In this document: one piece after another, positions 44,350-54,415 of the stretch
How positions within the stretch are numbered: position 1 is the first letter of the stretch
Layout: each line of letters begins with the position of its first letter
DNA from: Bacteroidales bacterium
Lineage (GTDB): Bacteria; Bacteroidota; Bacteroidia; Bacteroidales; ML635J-15
DNA: 64,000 nucleotides
NCBI GenBank assembly: GCA_017994175.1
Contig: JAGOLH010000004.1
Location: 7,650-71,649 of the forward strand
Reading direction: 5' to 3'
The notes under the pieces: model-generated
Seen by the model: the letters and a program-made list of their open reading frames with translations, nothing else
The model's database searches: none
What the model was told of the DNA's origin: nothing
Made by a program: the position numbers and the translations under genes

Positions 44350-44515
44350 TTTGTTAAGACTTAAAAAATACAATTTTTATGCCACTGCAACTTAATACAA
44401 TCATTTTGTTACGCATAAAAATACAGAAAGAAACGAATGGGAAAAAACTTCATAGATATTTTATCAGGGTATTTTTTTTATTTTTGATGCAACAAACAAT
44501 CAAGGTGGCCAGAAA

Positions 44516-45745
44516 TTGAATAAAAGAAAAATCGTCAACGATCCGGTATATGGGTTTATCAATATCCCAAACAGCATTGTATATGATCTTATTGAGCATC
44601 CCTATTTTCAACGATTGCGCCGAATAAAGCAACTCGGTCTCACCAACCTGGTGTACCCGGGAGCTTTTCACACCCGTTTTCAGCATGCTTTAGGAGCGAT
44701 GCACCTAACGACTCTTGCCATTGAAGTGCTCCGACAGAAAGGCCATGTTATTTCCGATGAAGAAGCCGAAGCTGCACTTATTGCTATTTTGTTGCATGAT
44801 ATTGGGCATGGCCCGTACTCACATGCGCTTGAATACTGCATTATTCCAGGTATTTCGCACGAAGAGCTTTCACTTGCCATTATGAATGAGCTCAACACTG
44901 TTTTCAATGGACGATTATCGCTTGCAATCGATCTTTTTCAAGGGAAATACCACAAAAAATTTCTCCACCAACTGGTATCGGGTCAGCTCGACATGGACCG
45001 GCTCGACTATCTTCGGCGTGACAGTTTTTTCACAGGTGTATCAGAGGGGGTCGTAAGTAGCGACAGGATAATAAAAATGCTTGAAGTGGTAGATGATGAG
45101 CTGGTTGTAGAAGCCAAAGGCATATACAGTATCGAAAAATTCCTTATTGCACGAAGGCTTATGTACTGGCAGGTATATCTCCATAAAACTGTACTTGCAT
45201 CCGAACTAATGCTAACGAAATGCATCGGGAGAGCGCGCCAATTGGTGCAATCAGGAATTCATGCTGATTGCTCTGAACCACTATCCTATTTCTTAATTCT
45301 TAAACATTTTGAGATTTCCCCTGAAATGCTTGCTCATTTTACGAAAACCGACGATTATGATGTAATGTACGCGTTAAAGAAATGGACAGATCATGATGAT
45401 TTTCTTCTTCAATACCTATCGTCGGGTATAATCGACCGTCATTTGTTTAAAGTAAAGCTGGAAAAAGAGCCTTTCAGTTCTGATTACATCGAGAAATTAC
45501 GAAAACAGGCGGCGAAACATTTTAATATTGGTATTAACGAGGCTTCTCATCTTGTCTTTACGGACGCTGTTTCGAACAACGCTTACAGCTTTGCTGATGA
45601 AAAAATCAATATTCTTGTTCAGGGACGCCTTGTTGATGTTACTGAAGCAAGCGATATGCTTAACCATTCTGTAATGAGTAAAACAGTAAGGAAACATATA
45701 CTTTGTTTTCCAACCGAAATTCAACACGTAATTAACCAACCGTAA
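44516..45745 (+). CDS. HD-domain phosphohydrolase (COG1078/SAMHD1-like fold)
   Basis: 409 aa. Motifs RFQHALGAMHL, LLHDIGHGPYSH, DMDRLDYLRRD. TTG start. Confidence 0.8.
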   Translation: MNKRKIVNDPVYGFINIPNSIVYDLIEHPYFQRLRRIKQLGLTNLVYPGAFHTRFQHALGAMHLTTLAIEVLRQKGHVISDEEAEAALIAILLHDIGHGPYSHALEYCIIPGISHEELSLAIMNELNTVFNGRLSLAIDLFQGKYHKKFLHQLVSGQLDMDRLDYLRRDSFFTGVSEGVVSSDRIIKMLEVVDDELVVEAKGIYSIEKFLIARRLMYWQVYLHKTVLASELMLTKCIGRARQLVQSGIHADCSEPLSYFLILKHFEISPEMLAHFTKTDDYDVMYALKKWTDHDDFLLQYLSSGIIDRHLFKVKLEKEPFSSDYIEKLRKQAAKHFNIGINEASHLVFTDAVSNNAYSFADEKINILVQGRLVDVTEASDMLNHSVMSKTVRKHILCFPTEIQHVINQP

Positions 45746-45767
45746 CTTTACAAAAAAACACTATATT

Positions 45768-46799
45768 ATGGAGTTTAGCGCAAAACAATTAGCCCAAATA
45801 CTGGGAGGACAGGTAGTTGGAAATCCCGATATAAAAGTCAGTAACATTTCGAAAATTGAAGAAGGAGAAGCAGGCACACTTAGTTTTCTGGCCAATCCTA
45901 AATATACTCCATTCATTTATAGTACCAAAGCAAGCATAGTTTTGGTGAACAATAGTTTTGAACCGGAAAAACCCATTTCTGCCACACTGATAAAGGTAGA
46001 AAACTCATATCTGGCCCTTGCGAAACTTCTGGAGCTCTACAATACCGAAACTTCTCAGCCGGAAGAGATACATCCCATGGCTTTTATTCATTCTGAAGCA
46101 ACAATAGGTAAAAATGTTTATATCGGAGCCTTTGCCTGCATCGAAAAAGGGGTCGTTATCGGGGATGGCGCGCAAATTTACCCACATGTTTATGTAGGTA
46201 AAAACAGCAAAATTGGACAAAAAACTTGTCTTTTTTCAGGTGTTAAAATTTATCATGACATAGTAGTTGGGCAGCATTGTACCATTCATTCGGGTACTGT
46301 TGTAGGAGCCGATGGCTTTGGATTTGTTCCGCAAAGCGATTCTGAATTTATTAAAGTTAAACAAGTAGGAAATGTGATCATTGAAGATAATGTAGAAATC
46401 GGAGCAAACACCTGTATCGACAGAGCTACTATGGGTTCAACATGTATTCATAAAGGCGTTAAACTTGATAATCTTATTCAGGTAGGCCACAATGCTGAAA
46501 TTGGAGATTCAACGGTTGTGGCCGCATTATCGGGGGTTTCAGGTACAGTTAAAATCGGTAAGAACTGCATGATTGGAGGTCAATCTGGTTTTGCAGGCCA
46601 CATTAAAGTAGGAAACGGTGTAATGGTCGGAGCTAAAACTGGGGTTAGTCACGACGTTGAAGATTATAAAAAAATGCTTGGTGCTCCCGCCATGGAAGGG
46701 CACGAATACCACCGTTGTTTTGCTGTTTTCAGGCACTTGCCCGATATGCTTGCCCGACTCAACCAACTGGAAAAACATATAAAGGATAAAGAAAAATAA
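45768..46799 (+). CDS. lpxD: UDP-3-O-acylglucosamine N-acyltransferase
   Basis: 343 aa. Left-handed beta-helix hexapeptide repeats, VVGADGFGF, and synteny with lpxC/lpxA. Confidence 0.9.
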   Translation: MEFSAKQLAQILGGQVVGNPDIKVSNISKIEEGEAGTLSFLANPKYTPFIYSTKASIVLVNNSFEPEKPISATLIKVENSYLALAKLLELYNTETSQPEEIHPMAFIHSEATIGKNVYIGAFACIEKGVVIGDGAQIYPHVYVGKNSKIGQKTCLFSGVKIYHDIVVGQHCTIHSGTVVGADGFGFVPQSDSEFIKVKQVGNVIIEDNVEIGANTCIDRATMGSTCIHKGVKLDNLIQVGHNAEIGDSTVVAALSGVSGTVKIGKNCMIGGQSGFAGHIKVGNGVMVGAKTGVSHDVEDYKKMLGAPAMEGHEYHRCFAVFRHLPDMLARLNQLEKHIKDKEK

Positions 46800-46956
46800 T
46801 TCCCCATTTTTAAAATCGTACTAATCACGCGATACATATTTTTTTTTGCAACAGAAAAAACCGACTGCTAACTTCTATGCAATTTCTTAAGAAATCAGAA
46901 CTGAGCCGGTTTCACTCATTTTAATAAACATGTGTTCGTTTATTAATCAATAATAC

Positions 46957-46964
46957 TATATTTG
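46957..46964 (+). promoter_or_regulatory. candidate -7 box (TATATTTG) for lpxC-fabZ
   Basis: TAnnTTTG match 24 nt upstream of the ATG at 46988, within the 188-bp gap. Confidence 0.3.
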
Positions 46965-46987
46965 CCAATTAATAAGAGCTATTATTA

Positions 46988-48403
46988 ATGGCAGAACAAA
47001 ACAGAAAACAAAAAACCGTTAATAAAACAGTTGTATTGCAGGGTCAAGGTCTGCATTCTGGAGTTGAAACAAAGCTGGTAATTAAACCCGCACAACCTGA
47101 TACAGGTTATGTTTTTATTAGAACCGACATTTCACCGGAAGCAAGTGTAAAAGCTATTGCAGATAATGTTACCGACACTTCAAGAGGTACAACCATCAGT
47201 AATAATGGCACTTCTGTCAGTACGGTTGAGCATCTGCTCGCAGCAGCTTATTCTCTTGGGATTGATAATGCCATCTTTGAGCTGAACGGCCCAGAAGTGC
47301 CGATTCTCGACGGAAGTTCCCATTACTTTGTTGAGGCATTCTATAAGGCCGGCATTAAAGAACAAAATGCCTTCCAAAAAGTATTCAATTTAACGGAAAC
47401 CCTCTCATTTTCCGATAAAGAAAGAGGGGTCGATATCTCAGCATACCCCGACAGTAGTTACAAAATAAAAGTTCTTGTCGACTATAATTCCGAAGTTCTT
47501 GCAAACCAGTATGCGAATCTCGACAGTCTCGAAGATTTTACAAATCAGATTAGCAAATGCAGGACATTTGTATTTATCAGCGACCTGGAGCCATTGCTTC
47601 GTCTGAATCTGATAAAAGGAGGAGATCTCGATAATGCTATTGTGATTGTGGACAGAGAGTGGACACAGGAAGAATATGACCGTCTGACAAAGCTATTCAA
47701 TAAACCCAAAGTCAAAGTGCAATCATTGGGCATACTCAACAATCTTGTACTTCATTTCCCGAACGAACCTGCAAGACATAAATTGCTTGACGTTGTAGGA
47801 GACCTTGCTCTAACAGGGTTTAGGTTCAATGCCACCATTGTTGCTTCGCGACCCGGGCATTATGGAAACACTCAGATGGCAAAAATTATCAGAAATCATA
47901 TTTTACAACAATCCACTATTAACGAAAAAGAAAGCCGGATTCCGGAATACAATGCGGATGTTAAACCGGTAATGGATGTAAATAAAATTAAGACGTACCT
48001 ACCTCACAGATCTCCCTTCTTATTTGTTGACAAAATTATCAGCATTAGCGATACCGAGGTCGTAGGTATTAAAAACATTACGAACGGAGAATATTTTTTT
48101 CAGGGACACTTCCCCGGAGAACCTGTTATGCCCGGAGTATTGCAGATAGAAGCAATGGCACAAACGGGTGGGATACTTGTGTTGCATTCTATGCCGGACC
48201 CAGAGAATTACACTACGCTGTTTTTGAAAATCAACAATGTTAAATTTCGAAAAAAAGTAGTACCTGGGGATATCCTTATTATGAAACTTACACTGTTGGA
48301 GCCGATGCGCAGGGGAATTGCACACATGAGAGGAGAATCGTTTGTTGGCAAGGATCTTGTTGCAGAAGCCGAAATGCACGCTTTAATCGAAAAACAAAAG
48401 TAA
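46988..48403 (+). CDS. lpxC/fabZ: bifunctional UDP-3-O-acyl-GlcNAc deacetylase / 3-hydroxyacyl-ACP dehydratase
   Basis: 471 aa. LpxC N-terminal half (VLQGQGLHSGVETKLVIKPA, STVEHLLAA) fused to FabZ (LPHRSPFLFVDKI, HFPGEPVMPGVLQIEAMAQ). Confidence 0.92.
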   Translation: MAEQNRKQKTVNKTVVLQGQGLHSGVETKLVIKPAQPDTGYVFIRTDISPEASVKAIADNVTDTSRGTTISNNGTSVSTVEHLLAAAYSLGIDNAIFELNGPEVPILDGSSHYFVEAFYKAGIKEQNAFQKVFNLTETLSFSDKERGVDISAYPDSSYKIKVLVDYNSEVLANQYANLDSLEDFTNQISKCRTFVFISDLEPLLRLNLIKGGDLDNAIVIVDREWTQEEYDRLTKLFNKPKVKVQSLGILNNLVLHFPNEPARHKLLDVVGDLALTGFRFNATIVASRPGHYGNTQMAKIIRNHILQQSTINEKESRIPEYNADVKPVMDVNKIKTYLPHRSPFLFVDKIISISDTEVVGIKNITNGEYFFQGHFPGEPVMPGVLQIEAMAQTGGILVLHSMPDPENYTTLFLKINNVKFRKKVVPGDILIMKLTLLEPMRRGIAHMRGESFVGKDLVAEAEMHALIEKQK

Positions 48404-48407
48404 CACT

Positions 48408-49196
48408 ATGAATCAACCTTTAGCATATGTTCATCCGGAAGCCAGAATTGCTCAAAATGTGGTAATTGAACCCTTTGTTACCATTGCAAAAGATGTGGTA
48501 ATTGGTGAAGGCACATGGATTGGATCGAATGTAACCATTATGGAAGGTGCCCGTATCGGTAAAAACTGTAAAATTTTTCCAGGAGCTGTGATTTCGGCAA
48601 TTCCTCAGGATTTGAAATTCCGGGGCGAGATAACCACAGTTGAAATTGGCGATAACACTTCTATCAGGGAATGTGTTACGGTAAACCGCGGAACCATTGC
48701 CAAGGGTAAAACAGTTATTGGCAGCAATTGTCTGCTTATGTGTTATTCTCATGTAGCACACGACTGCATTATTAAGGACAATGTGATTCTAGGTGCCTAT
48801 GTGGCTCTCGCCGGCGAAGTAATCATCGACGAATGGGCTATTGTATCTGCCGGTAGTCTGGTTCATCAGTTTGTGAATATTGGTGCACACACCATGATAC
48901 AGGGAGCAAGCAAAGTTGGCAAAGATGTCCCCCCTTATGTTAAGGCAGGCCGCGACCCCTTATCGTATGAAGGAGTTAACTCTATTGGACTGCGCCGCCG
49001 GAATTTCGATAACGAGAAAATAAATGAACTACAAAATATCTATCGTATAATTTTTGGTCGCGGTATGAACACGACGCAGTCAGTTGATTTTATCGAAGCT
49101 GAAATGACCGCATCGAAAGAAAGGGATGAAATCCTTCTTTTTATCAGAAACAGCAAACGCGGTATTATCAAAGGATATTTTGGAAATATAGAATAA
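48408..49196 (+). CDS. lpxA: acyl-ACP--UDP-N-acetylglucosamine O-acyltransferase
   Basis: 262 aa. YVHPEARIAQNVVIEPFVTI, hexapeptide repeats, YSHVAHDCIIKDN. Confidence 0.92.
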   Translation: MNQPLAYVHPEARIAQNVVIEPFVTIAKDVVIGEGTWIGSNVTIMEGARIGKNCKIFPGAVISAIPQDLKFRGEITTVEIGDNTSIRECVTVNRGTIAKGKTVIGSNCLLMCYSHVAHDCIIKDNVILGAYVALAGEVIIDEWAIVSAGSLVHQFVNIGAHTMIQGASKVGKDVPPYVKAGRDPLSYEGVNSIGLRRRNFDNEKINELQNIYRIIFGRGMNTTQSVDFIEAEMTASKERDEILLFIRNSKRGIIKGYFGNIE

Positions 49197-49306
49197 AAAT
49201 ACGTGTTGATTCTTTGATTTCTTCGTAAGTTTTCTTTTATACCCCTATTTTTTAACAAAATTCTTTTTAATTACACTAATTTTACACAGTGTCAATTCCG
49301 CGAACT

Positions 49307-51058
49307 ATGAAAAAATGCATTTCAATAGTATTTTTCATTTTCTGGGCGAATGTAATAATATCGCAAACGCCCGACAGCGCTGTAATAATTTGCCCTTCGC
49401 AATCAACCTCAAATGATATATTCCCCGTAGTAGTTCGCTTATATAAGAATGGTGCATTGAACTATGCCGGGCATAGCTACTCGCTTGCTGTAACCAATGC
49501 CACTGCAGAGAGCTCGATGATTGTTGTTAAAAAAGGAGTAGGAAGCCTTTGCACAAAAATAAACACAAGTGCCGACTTTCAGGTTGAAGTGCAGGGTTTC
49601 AGTACCATCAAGAATGTAAATCATACCATTAACGACCCAATTGAAATATCGGGATATATAAATTCTGATTACCAATGCATTGCAAATACATTGTATTACG
49701 TAAGCTCCGACCTGACCATTCAAGCTTCTCAAACACTCACTATTTACGAAGGAGCACAGCTGATTGTAGCTGAAAATGCAAACATAATCTGTCATGGTAA
49801 AATAATATGTGACGCAAATACCGAGAATCCCATTGTTTTTAAAAGTGATAGTGAAAATATATTCTGGGGTGGTATTACAATTACTTCTGCTCAGGACACT
49901 TCAGTATTTGAGCATGTTTTTTTTATTAAGGGCGGAGGAAACACCAATTTCATTTTCGGACATTCTGGTTCTCAGCCTGTTTTAAAAGCCGACAATGGGA
50001 ACATGATTTGTAGGGATTGCTACTTCATCGACAACACGGGGAAAGCTCTGGGTGGTAATTATGCAAATATCAGTCTGAAGCAATGTCTGATCTCCAGATG
50101 CGACACCGGTGGTGAATTTTTTATGTCAAAGGTTGATATCGACAGTTGCTATGTTATGAACATTCCCGATGACGATGGGATAATTGAAGACGATGACAAC
50201 GATTGTTTTTATTTTAACAATGTACATTCTTCGAATTCAGAAAGCAAGGTTTCGAATTCGTTTTTTATTACGGGTGAAGACGATGCCATCGACCATAATG
50301 GAGCAAAGCTGAGTTTGGAAAACTGCTGGATTCAGGATTTCTACCATGAAGGTATTGCTGGATCAAACGGAAATTATGTTTCGCTGCATAATTCTGTTGT
50401 GGTTGATTGCGGACAAGGGATTGAGGCTGGATACGGGTCGCCGCATGTTATGGCAAATCATTGTGTTTTTGCTCATAATGGCGTAGGTGCACGTTTCGGG
50501 GATGATTATGTTCAACCCAGTGAGGGGAAAATGATAATTAAAAACAGTATTTTTTTTGACAACACCGATAATTTGCTGAATTGGGAACCACAGACAGGCG
50601 GGCCTGTTACCGACTCGCTTGAAGTTATGTATTCCATTACAAACGACATTGATTTTGATGGTCAAAACTCATGCATCGCAGGTACTCCTCAGTTTTCGCA
50701 AGCCTATCTACTTGAAATTGGCTCTCCCGGAAGCGGAGCTGCCGACGACGGGTTGGATATGGGCCTGATAAGCAGTCTGACAATGATTGGGCAGATTATG
50801 CAACACACCAGTGTTCAATTATATCCAAACCCTGTAAATACTGTAGCTGTATTTGATTTTGATGCTCCTTACCCAGAATTTGGAGATTTATCCATTCTTA
50901 ACATGGAGGGAAAGATACTGTTAAATCGCACAATTCATTTTGATACTGGTATAAATAAGATTGAGCAAAATGTCAGCTTTTTAAAACCCGGACTTTATCA
51001 ACTTGTTGTTGTGACTCCCACGAAAGTGTTTTCTTCAAAATTTCTAAAGCTTGATTAA
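49307..51058 (+). CDS. secreted right-handed parallel beta-helix protein with type-A T9SS CTD
   Basis: Signal peptide from the ATG at 49307 (MKKCISIVFFIFWANVIISQ). PbH1-like turns about every 22-25 aa (CRDCYFIDNTGKALGG, LKQCLISRCDTGG, LENCWIQDFYHEGIAG, LHNSVVVDCGQGIEAG, ANHCVFAHNGVGARFG, IKNSIFFDNTDN). C-terminus VQLYPNPVNTVAVFDF...GLYQLVVVT. Confidence 0.6.
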   Translation: MKKCISIVFFIFWANVIISQTPDSAVIICPSQSTSNDIFPVVVRLYKNGALNYAGHSYSLAVTNATAESSMIVVKKGVGSLCTKINTSADFQVEVQGFSTIKNVNHTINDPIEISGYINSDYQCIANTLYYVSSDLTIQASQTLTIYEGAQLIVAENANIICHGKIICDANTENPIVFKSDSENIFWGGITITSAQDTSVFEHVFFIKGGGNTNFIFGHSGSQPVLKADNGNMICRDCYFIDNTGKALGGNYANISLKQCLISRCDTGGEFFMSKVDIDSCYVMNIPDDDGIIEDDDNDCFYFNNVHSSNSESKVSNSFFITGEDDAIDHNGAKLSLENCWIQDFYHEGIAGSNGNYVSLHNSVVVDCGQGIEAGYGSPHVMANHCVFAHNGVGARFGDDYVQPSEGKMIIKNSIFFDNTDNLLNWEPQTGGPVTDSLEVMYSITNDIDFDGQNSCIAGTPQFSQAYLLEIGSPGSGAADDGLDMGLISSLTMIGQIMQHTSVQLYPNPVNTVAVFDFDAPYPEFGDLSILNMEGKILLNRTIHFDTGINKIEQNVSFLKPGLYQLVVVTPTKVFSSKFLKLD

Positions 51059-53255
51059 AAGAATACCATATTTTCTTTTACTGATTTCGGTGTTTTTACT
51101 CTCCCGCGAAAAAGCAGCATTTACCCAGGAGCTTAAAGAGTATTATATAAGTTGCAACCCCGATGACTTCAGAATGATTTATGAAAACTACAACGAAGAA
51201 ATTTACATACCGATAAGTATTACACATAACAATGTAACACTTACAAAAGCCAGAATGCGTATTCGTGGCGATGGCACAGTAGTTTTACCCAAAAAGTCAC
51301 TAAAAATTCAAATTGACTCACTTTGTTTCGATGATGGAATTCGTGTGTTTAATTTTAATGCGGAATACGAAGACAAAAGTTATTTACAACAGTATATTTG
51401 CTCGCGGATGATGCAGGAATCAGGGCTCTGGTGTTTCCGAACGGAGCATGTAAGGCTGTATCTGAACGGAGAATACCTGGGACTGTATTTGTATGTTGAA
51501 AATATGGATGAGGATTTTCTTACCCGAAACGGCTTTAACCCATCCGGCAATCTCTATAAAGCCACCGTTGATGGTGCATGCCTCAGTCGTTACGATAATG
51601 TGTTCTATCATTGGGAGAAAAAGTCGGGGAACAGCGATTACTCCGATTTACAAAAGCTTATTAACCAGCTTGATACTGTAAGTATAAGCGATTATTATTC
51701 TTTCGCATTTACAGAATTTAATTACCAAAACCTGATTAATTTTTTAGCGGTAAATCTATTAATACGCAACAACAGCACATATTACCATAATTACTATATG
51801 TTCAACGACTCTTATTCCACGCGGAAATGGCACATATTTCCATGGGATCTCGACAAGAGTTTTTTATATTACGAAGTCAATATACCCTATTATCATACAT
51901 CTAGATACTGGACTCCTGACAATCCCTTTGCTGAACTTGCATTTCTGAACGATTCCACTTTGCAAGACATCCGGGAGCGTATCACCGAGTTGCATTCCAC
52001 GCTTATAAACAACGAACATGTGGAGCCCTGGGTCGACAGTCTGCAATTGTTGCTTTATAATTCAGTAGAACATGACACGACCGACAACATCAACACTATT
52101 TCGGACTGGCTTTCGCAAATCAACACAGTTAAAACTGCCTTTGATTCAAGATACTATGAGCTCATGGTTCAGTTTGAGCAAATCCCCCGTTCTTTTCGCG
52201 TGGATAGAGTAAACAACAGGTATTTTACCGGTGAACCCATTGTGTTCAGGTGGACAAAATGTGAAGATCCATTAGGGAATGAGATAAAGTACAGACTATA
52301 TTACGGAAAAAATATTAATCTTGTTGACGGAACGGCAAACATGATTGAAAATATCTCCGACACATTATTAATTCTAAGCGATACTATTGAGCCCGGGAAA
52401 TATTATTACAAAGTGGTTGCATACACACAAAACTATCATCTTGATGGCTTTGATAACTATAATATTTTTTTTGTTGACAACGATACTTCTCAAATAATTA
52501 TTAACGAAATTAATTATCACCCCGATTCAGATGTTGATCCGGGCGAGTGGGTTGAGCTTTACAATGCCTCGGCATATGACGTAAATGTTTCAAACTGGTA
52601 TTTCTGCGACAACAATGATCTGCACAGGTATACATTCCCAACGGGGATGGTTATTCCTTCAGGGTCGTACTATATTCTAGCAAATGAGCCGCAGAAGTTC
52701 CTACAACTGTTCCCTGCCAGTGAGTGCAATATTGACGTTTTTAATTTCGCTCTCGACAACTCAGGGGAACTTTTGAGATTATACAATAGCTATGGCAGAC
52801 TTGTGGACTTATTGGTTTACGATGACAGCATTCCCTGGCCTGAAGAAGCCGATGGAGACGGACGGGTTTTGGCACTTAATTCTCCGCTGCTGGATAACTC
52901 GTTGGGTAGAAACTGGAACGCAGTTAAGTATTACGGAACTCCTTGTAAGGAAAATCAGTCAAGCGATACAACAATTAACCCGATTCCTGTAAATACTATG
53001 CTTCGTTGCTTTCCCAATCCTTGCAGCGAAACGGCAACTATTGTGTATCACTCCTCTGCTCAAAGTAATACTTCAATTACAATTACCGATATCACCGGGA
53101 GCATTGTGTTTTGCAAAGAAGATTTCTACGAAAACGAAGGATATTACCGCTATGTTTGGGACGCAAATGTTGTTAACGATGGACTATATATTGTCTATCT
53201 CCGAGAAAATAGTCAAATAATAAGCAGTTTTAAAATGGTAAAAACTACTTTTTGA
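51051..53255 (+). CDS. CotH kinase-family protein with lamin-tail domain (LTD) and type-A T9SS CTD
   Basis: 734 aa. The TTG start overlaps the upstream stop by 8 nt. Signal peptide present. CotH-like KKSLKIQID and WHIFPWDLDKSF. LTD IIINEINYHPDSDVDPGEWVELYNASAYDVNVSNWYFCD (~52490-52960). C-terminus LRCFPNPCSETATIVY...GLYIVYL. Confidence 0.75.
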   Translation: MIKRIPYFLLLISVFLLSREKAAFTQELKEYYISCNPDDFRMIYENYNEEIYIPISITHNNVTLTKARMRIRGDGTVVLPKKSLKIQIDSLCFDDGIRVFNFNAEYEDKSYLQQYICSRMMQESGLWCFRTEHVRLYLNGEYLGLYLYVENMDEDFLTRNGFNPSGNLYKATVDGACLSRYDNVFYHWEKKSGNSDYSDLQKLINQLDTVSISDYYSFAFTEFNYQNLINFLAVNLLIRNNSTYYHNYYMFNDSYSTRKWHIFPWDLDKSFLYYEVNIPYYHTSRYWTPDNPFAELAFLNDSTLQDIRERITELHSTLINNEHVEPWVDSLQLLLYNSVEHDTTDNINTISDWLSQINTVKTAFDSRYYELMVQFEQIPRSFRVDRVNNRYFTGEPIVFRWTKCEDPLGNEIKYRLYYGKNINLVDGTANMIENISDTLLILSDTIEPGKYYYKVVAYTQNYHLDGFDNYNIFFVDNDTSQIIINEINYHPDSDVDPGEWVELYNASAYDVNVSNWYFCDNNDLHRYTFPTGMVIPSGSYYILANEPQKFLQLFPASECNIDVFNFALDNSGELLRLYNSYGRLVDLLVYDDSIPWPEEADGDGRVLALNSPLLDNSLGRNWNAVKYYGTPCKENQSSDTTINPIPVNTMLRCFPNPCSETATIVYHSSAQSNTSITITDITGSIVFCKEDFYENEGYYRYVWDANVVNDGLYIVYLRENSQIISSFKMVKTTF

Positions 53256-53269
53256 AAATCAGTATTGCG

Positions 53270-54310
53270 TTATTTATCAAAATGATTCCAGCCCTGAGCC
53301 TTCAGTTCTATTTCAACACCATTGCGTGCAATTAACAAAGGGCGATTATTGGCTGATGTAACATATCCGATTGCAGTTATCCCGTCGATTTTAGCAATTT
53401 TTTCAAGTTCCTTACTATCGATAGTAAAAAGCAATTCATAATCTTCACCACCATTCATTGCCGCAATGGTTGGGTCTATGTTCAGCTCACAAGCAAGAGA
53501 GGCTGTTTCGGTATCGATGGGCAATTTATCTTCGAACACTTTGCACGAAACTTTCGATTGCTTACAAATGTGAAGCAAATCGCTTGACAACCCGTCGGAA
53601 ACATCAATCATAGCATGCGGATTAATGTCTGCCTTTTTAAGGTTCTCGACCACGTCTTTTCTGGCTTCAGGTTTCAATTGTCGCTGAATGCAATATGGGT
53701 ATTTACCAATTTCTGGCTGAATGTGCGGGTCGGCAATAAAAATCTGCTTTTCTCTTTCGAGCAGTTGCAAACCAAGATACGATGCTCCTAGATTGCCTGA
53801 GACACAAATAACATCGTTCACCTGCGCTCCCGAACGTAAACATACTTCCTGTTTTCGTGCAGTGCCAATGGCGGTTATTGAAATCAATAATCCGGTTAGC
53901 GATGTTGTTGTATCTCCCCCTACCAAATCAACTTCATACGCATTGCAGGCAAGCCGAATGCCTTCATAAATTTCTTCAATCGCTTTAAGCGATATTTTGT
54001 TGCTCAGGGCAATTGAAACAGTAATTTGCTCCGGTTTACCGTTCATGGCAAATATATCGCTCAGGTTTACTGTTACCGCTTTATAACCTAGATGACGCAA
54101 AGGTGTGTAAATAAGGTCAAAGTGTATTCCTTCAACCAACAAGTCGGTAGTAATCAAACGAAAATAATCGCCGCAATCGATAACTGCGGCATCGTCGCCA
54201 ACTCCTTTAACAGTTGAATTACAGTGTGTTATAAAATCTTTGGTAAGGTATTCGATCAGTCCAAATTCACCCAAGCTTTCAATACTTTCGACAGATTGGT
54301 TTTGTTTCAT
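53270..54310 (-). CDS. thiL: thiamine-monophosphate kinase
   Basis: Motifs GVGDDAAVI, TTDLLVEGIHF, LVGGDTT. The ATG at 54310 (MKQNQS) is preferred over 54364. Confidence 0.85.
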   Translation of the reverse strand: MKQNQSVESIESLGEFGLIEYLTKDFITHCNSTVKGVGDDAAVIDCGDYFRLITTDLLVEGIHFDLIYTPLRHLGYKAVTVNLSDIFAMNGKPEQITVSIALSNKISLKAIEEIYEGIRLACNAYEVDLVGGDTTTSLTGLLISITAIGTARKQEVCLRSGAQVNDVICVSGNLGASYLGLQLLEREKQIFIADPHIQPEIGKYPYCIQRQLKPEARKDVVENLKKADINPHAMIDVSDGLSSDLLHICKQSKVSCKVFEDKLPIDTETASLACELNIDPTIAAMNGGEDYELLFTIDSKELEKIAKIDGITAIGYVTSANNRPLLIARNGVEIELKAQGWNHFDK

Positions 54311-54415
54311 GAAAAGAATTTTTGGTAAACTATTTGCAATTGTTCTGCGCAAAAATACCATCATTTATTTAATGAATAAAATGTTTATATTTGTTATTTG
54401 CTATAAAACAGACTT

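Noticed and set aside
44516-45745. A SAMHD1-like HD phosphohydrolase, as a possible anti-phage dNTPase defence gene.
   Set aside because: It sits in the HD-lpxD-lpxC/fabZ-lpxA arrangement that I recall as conserved core synteny in Bacteroidota. No other defence-type genes are nearby.
46800-46987. An unusually long (188-bp) gap between lpxD and lpxC-fabZ, as a possible riboswitch or sRNA.
   Set aside because: I could find no convincing conserved stem-loops by eye. The gap contains a TAnnTTTG box (46957-46964), so an internal promoter explains it adequately.
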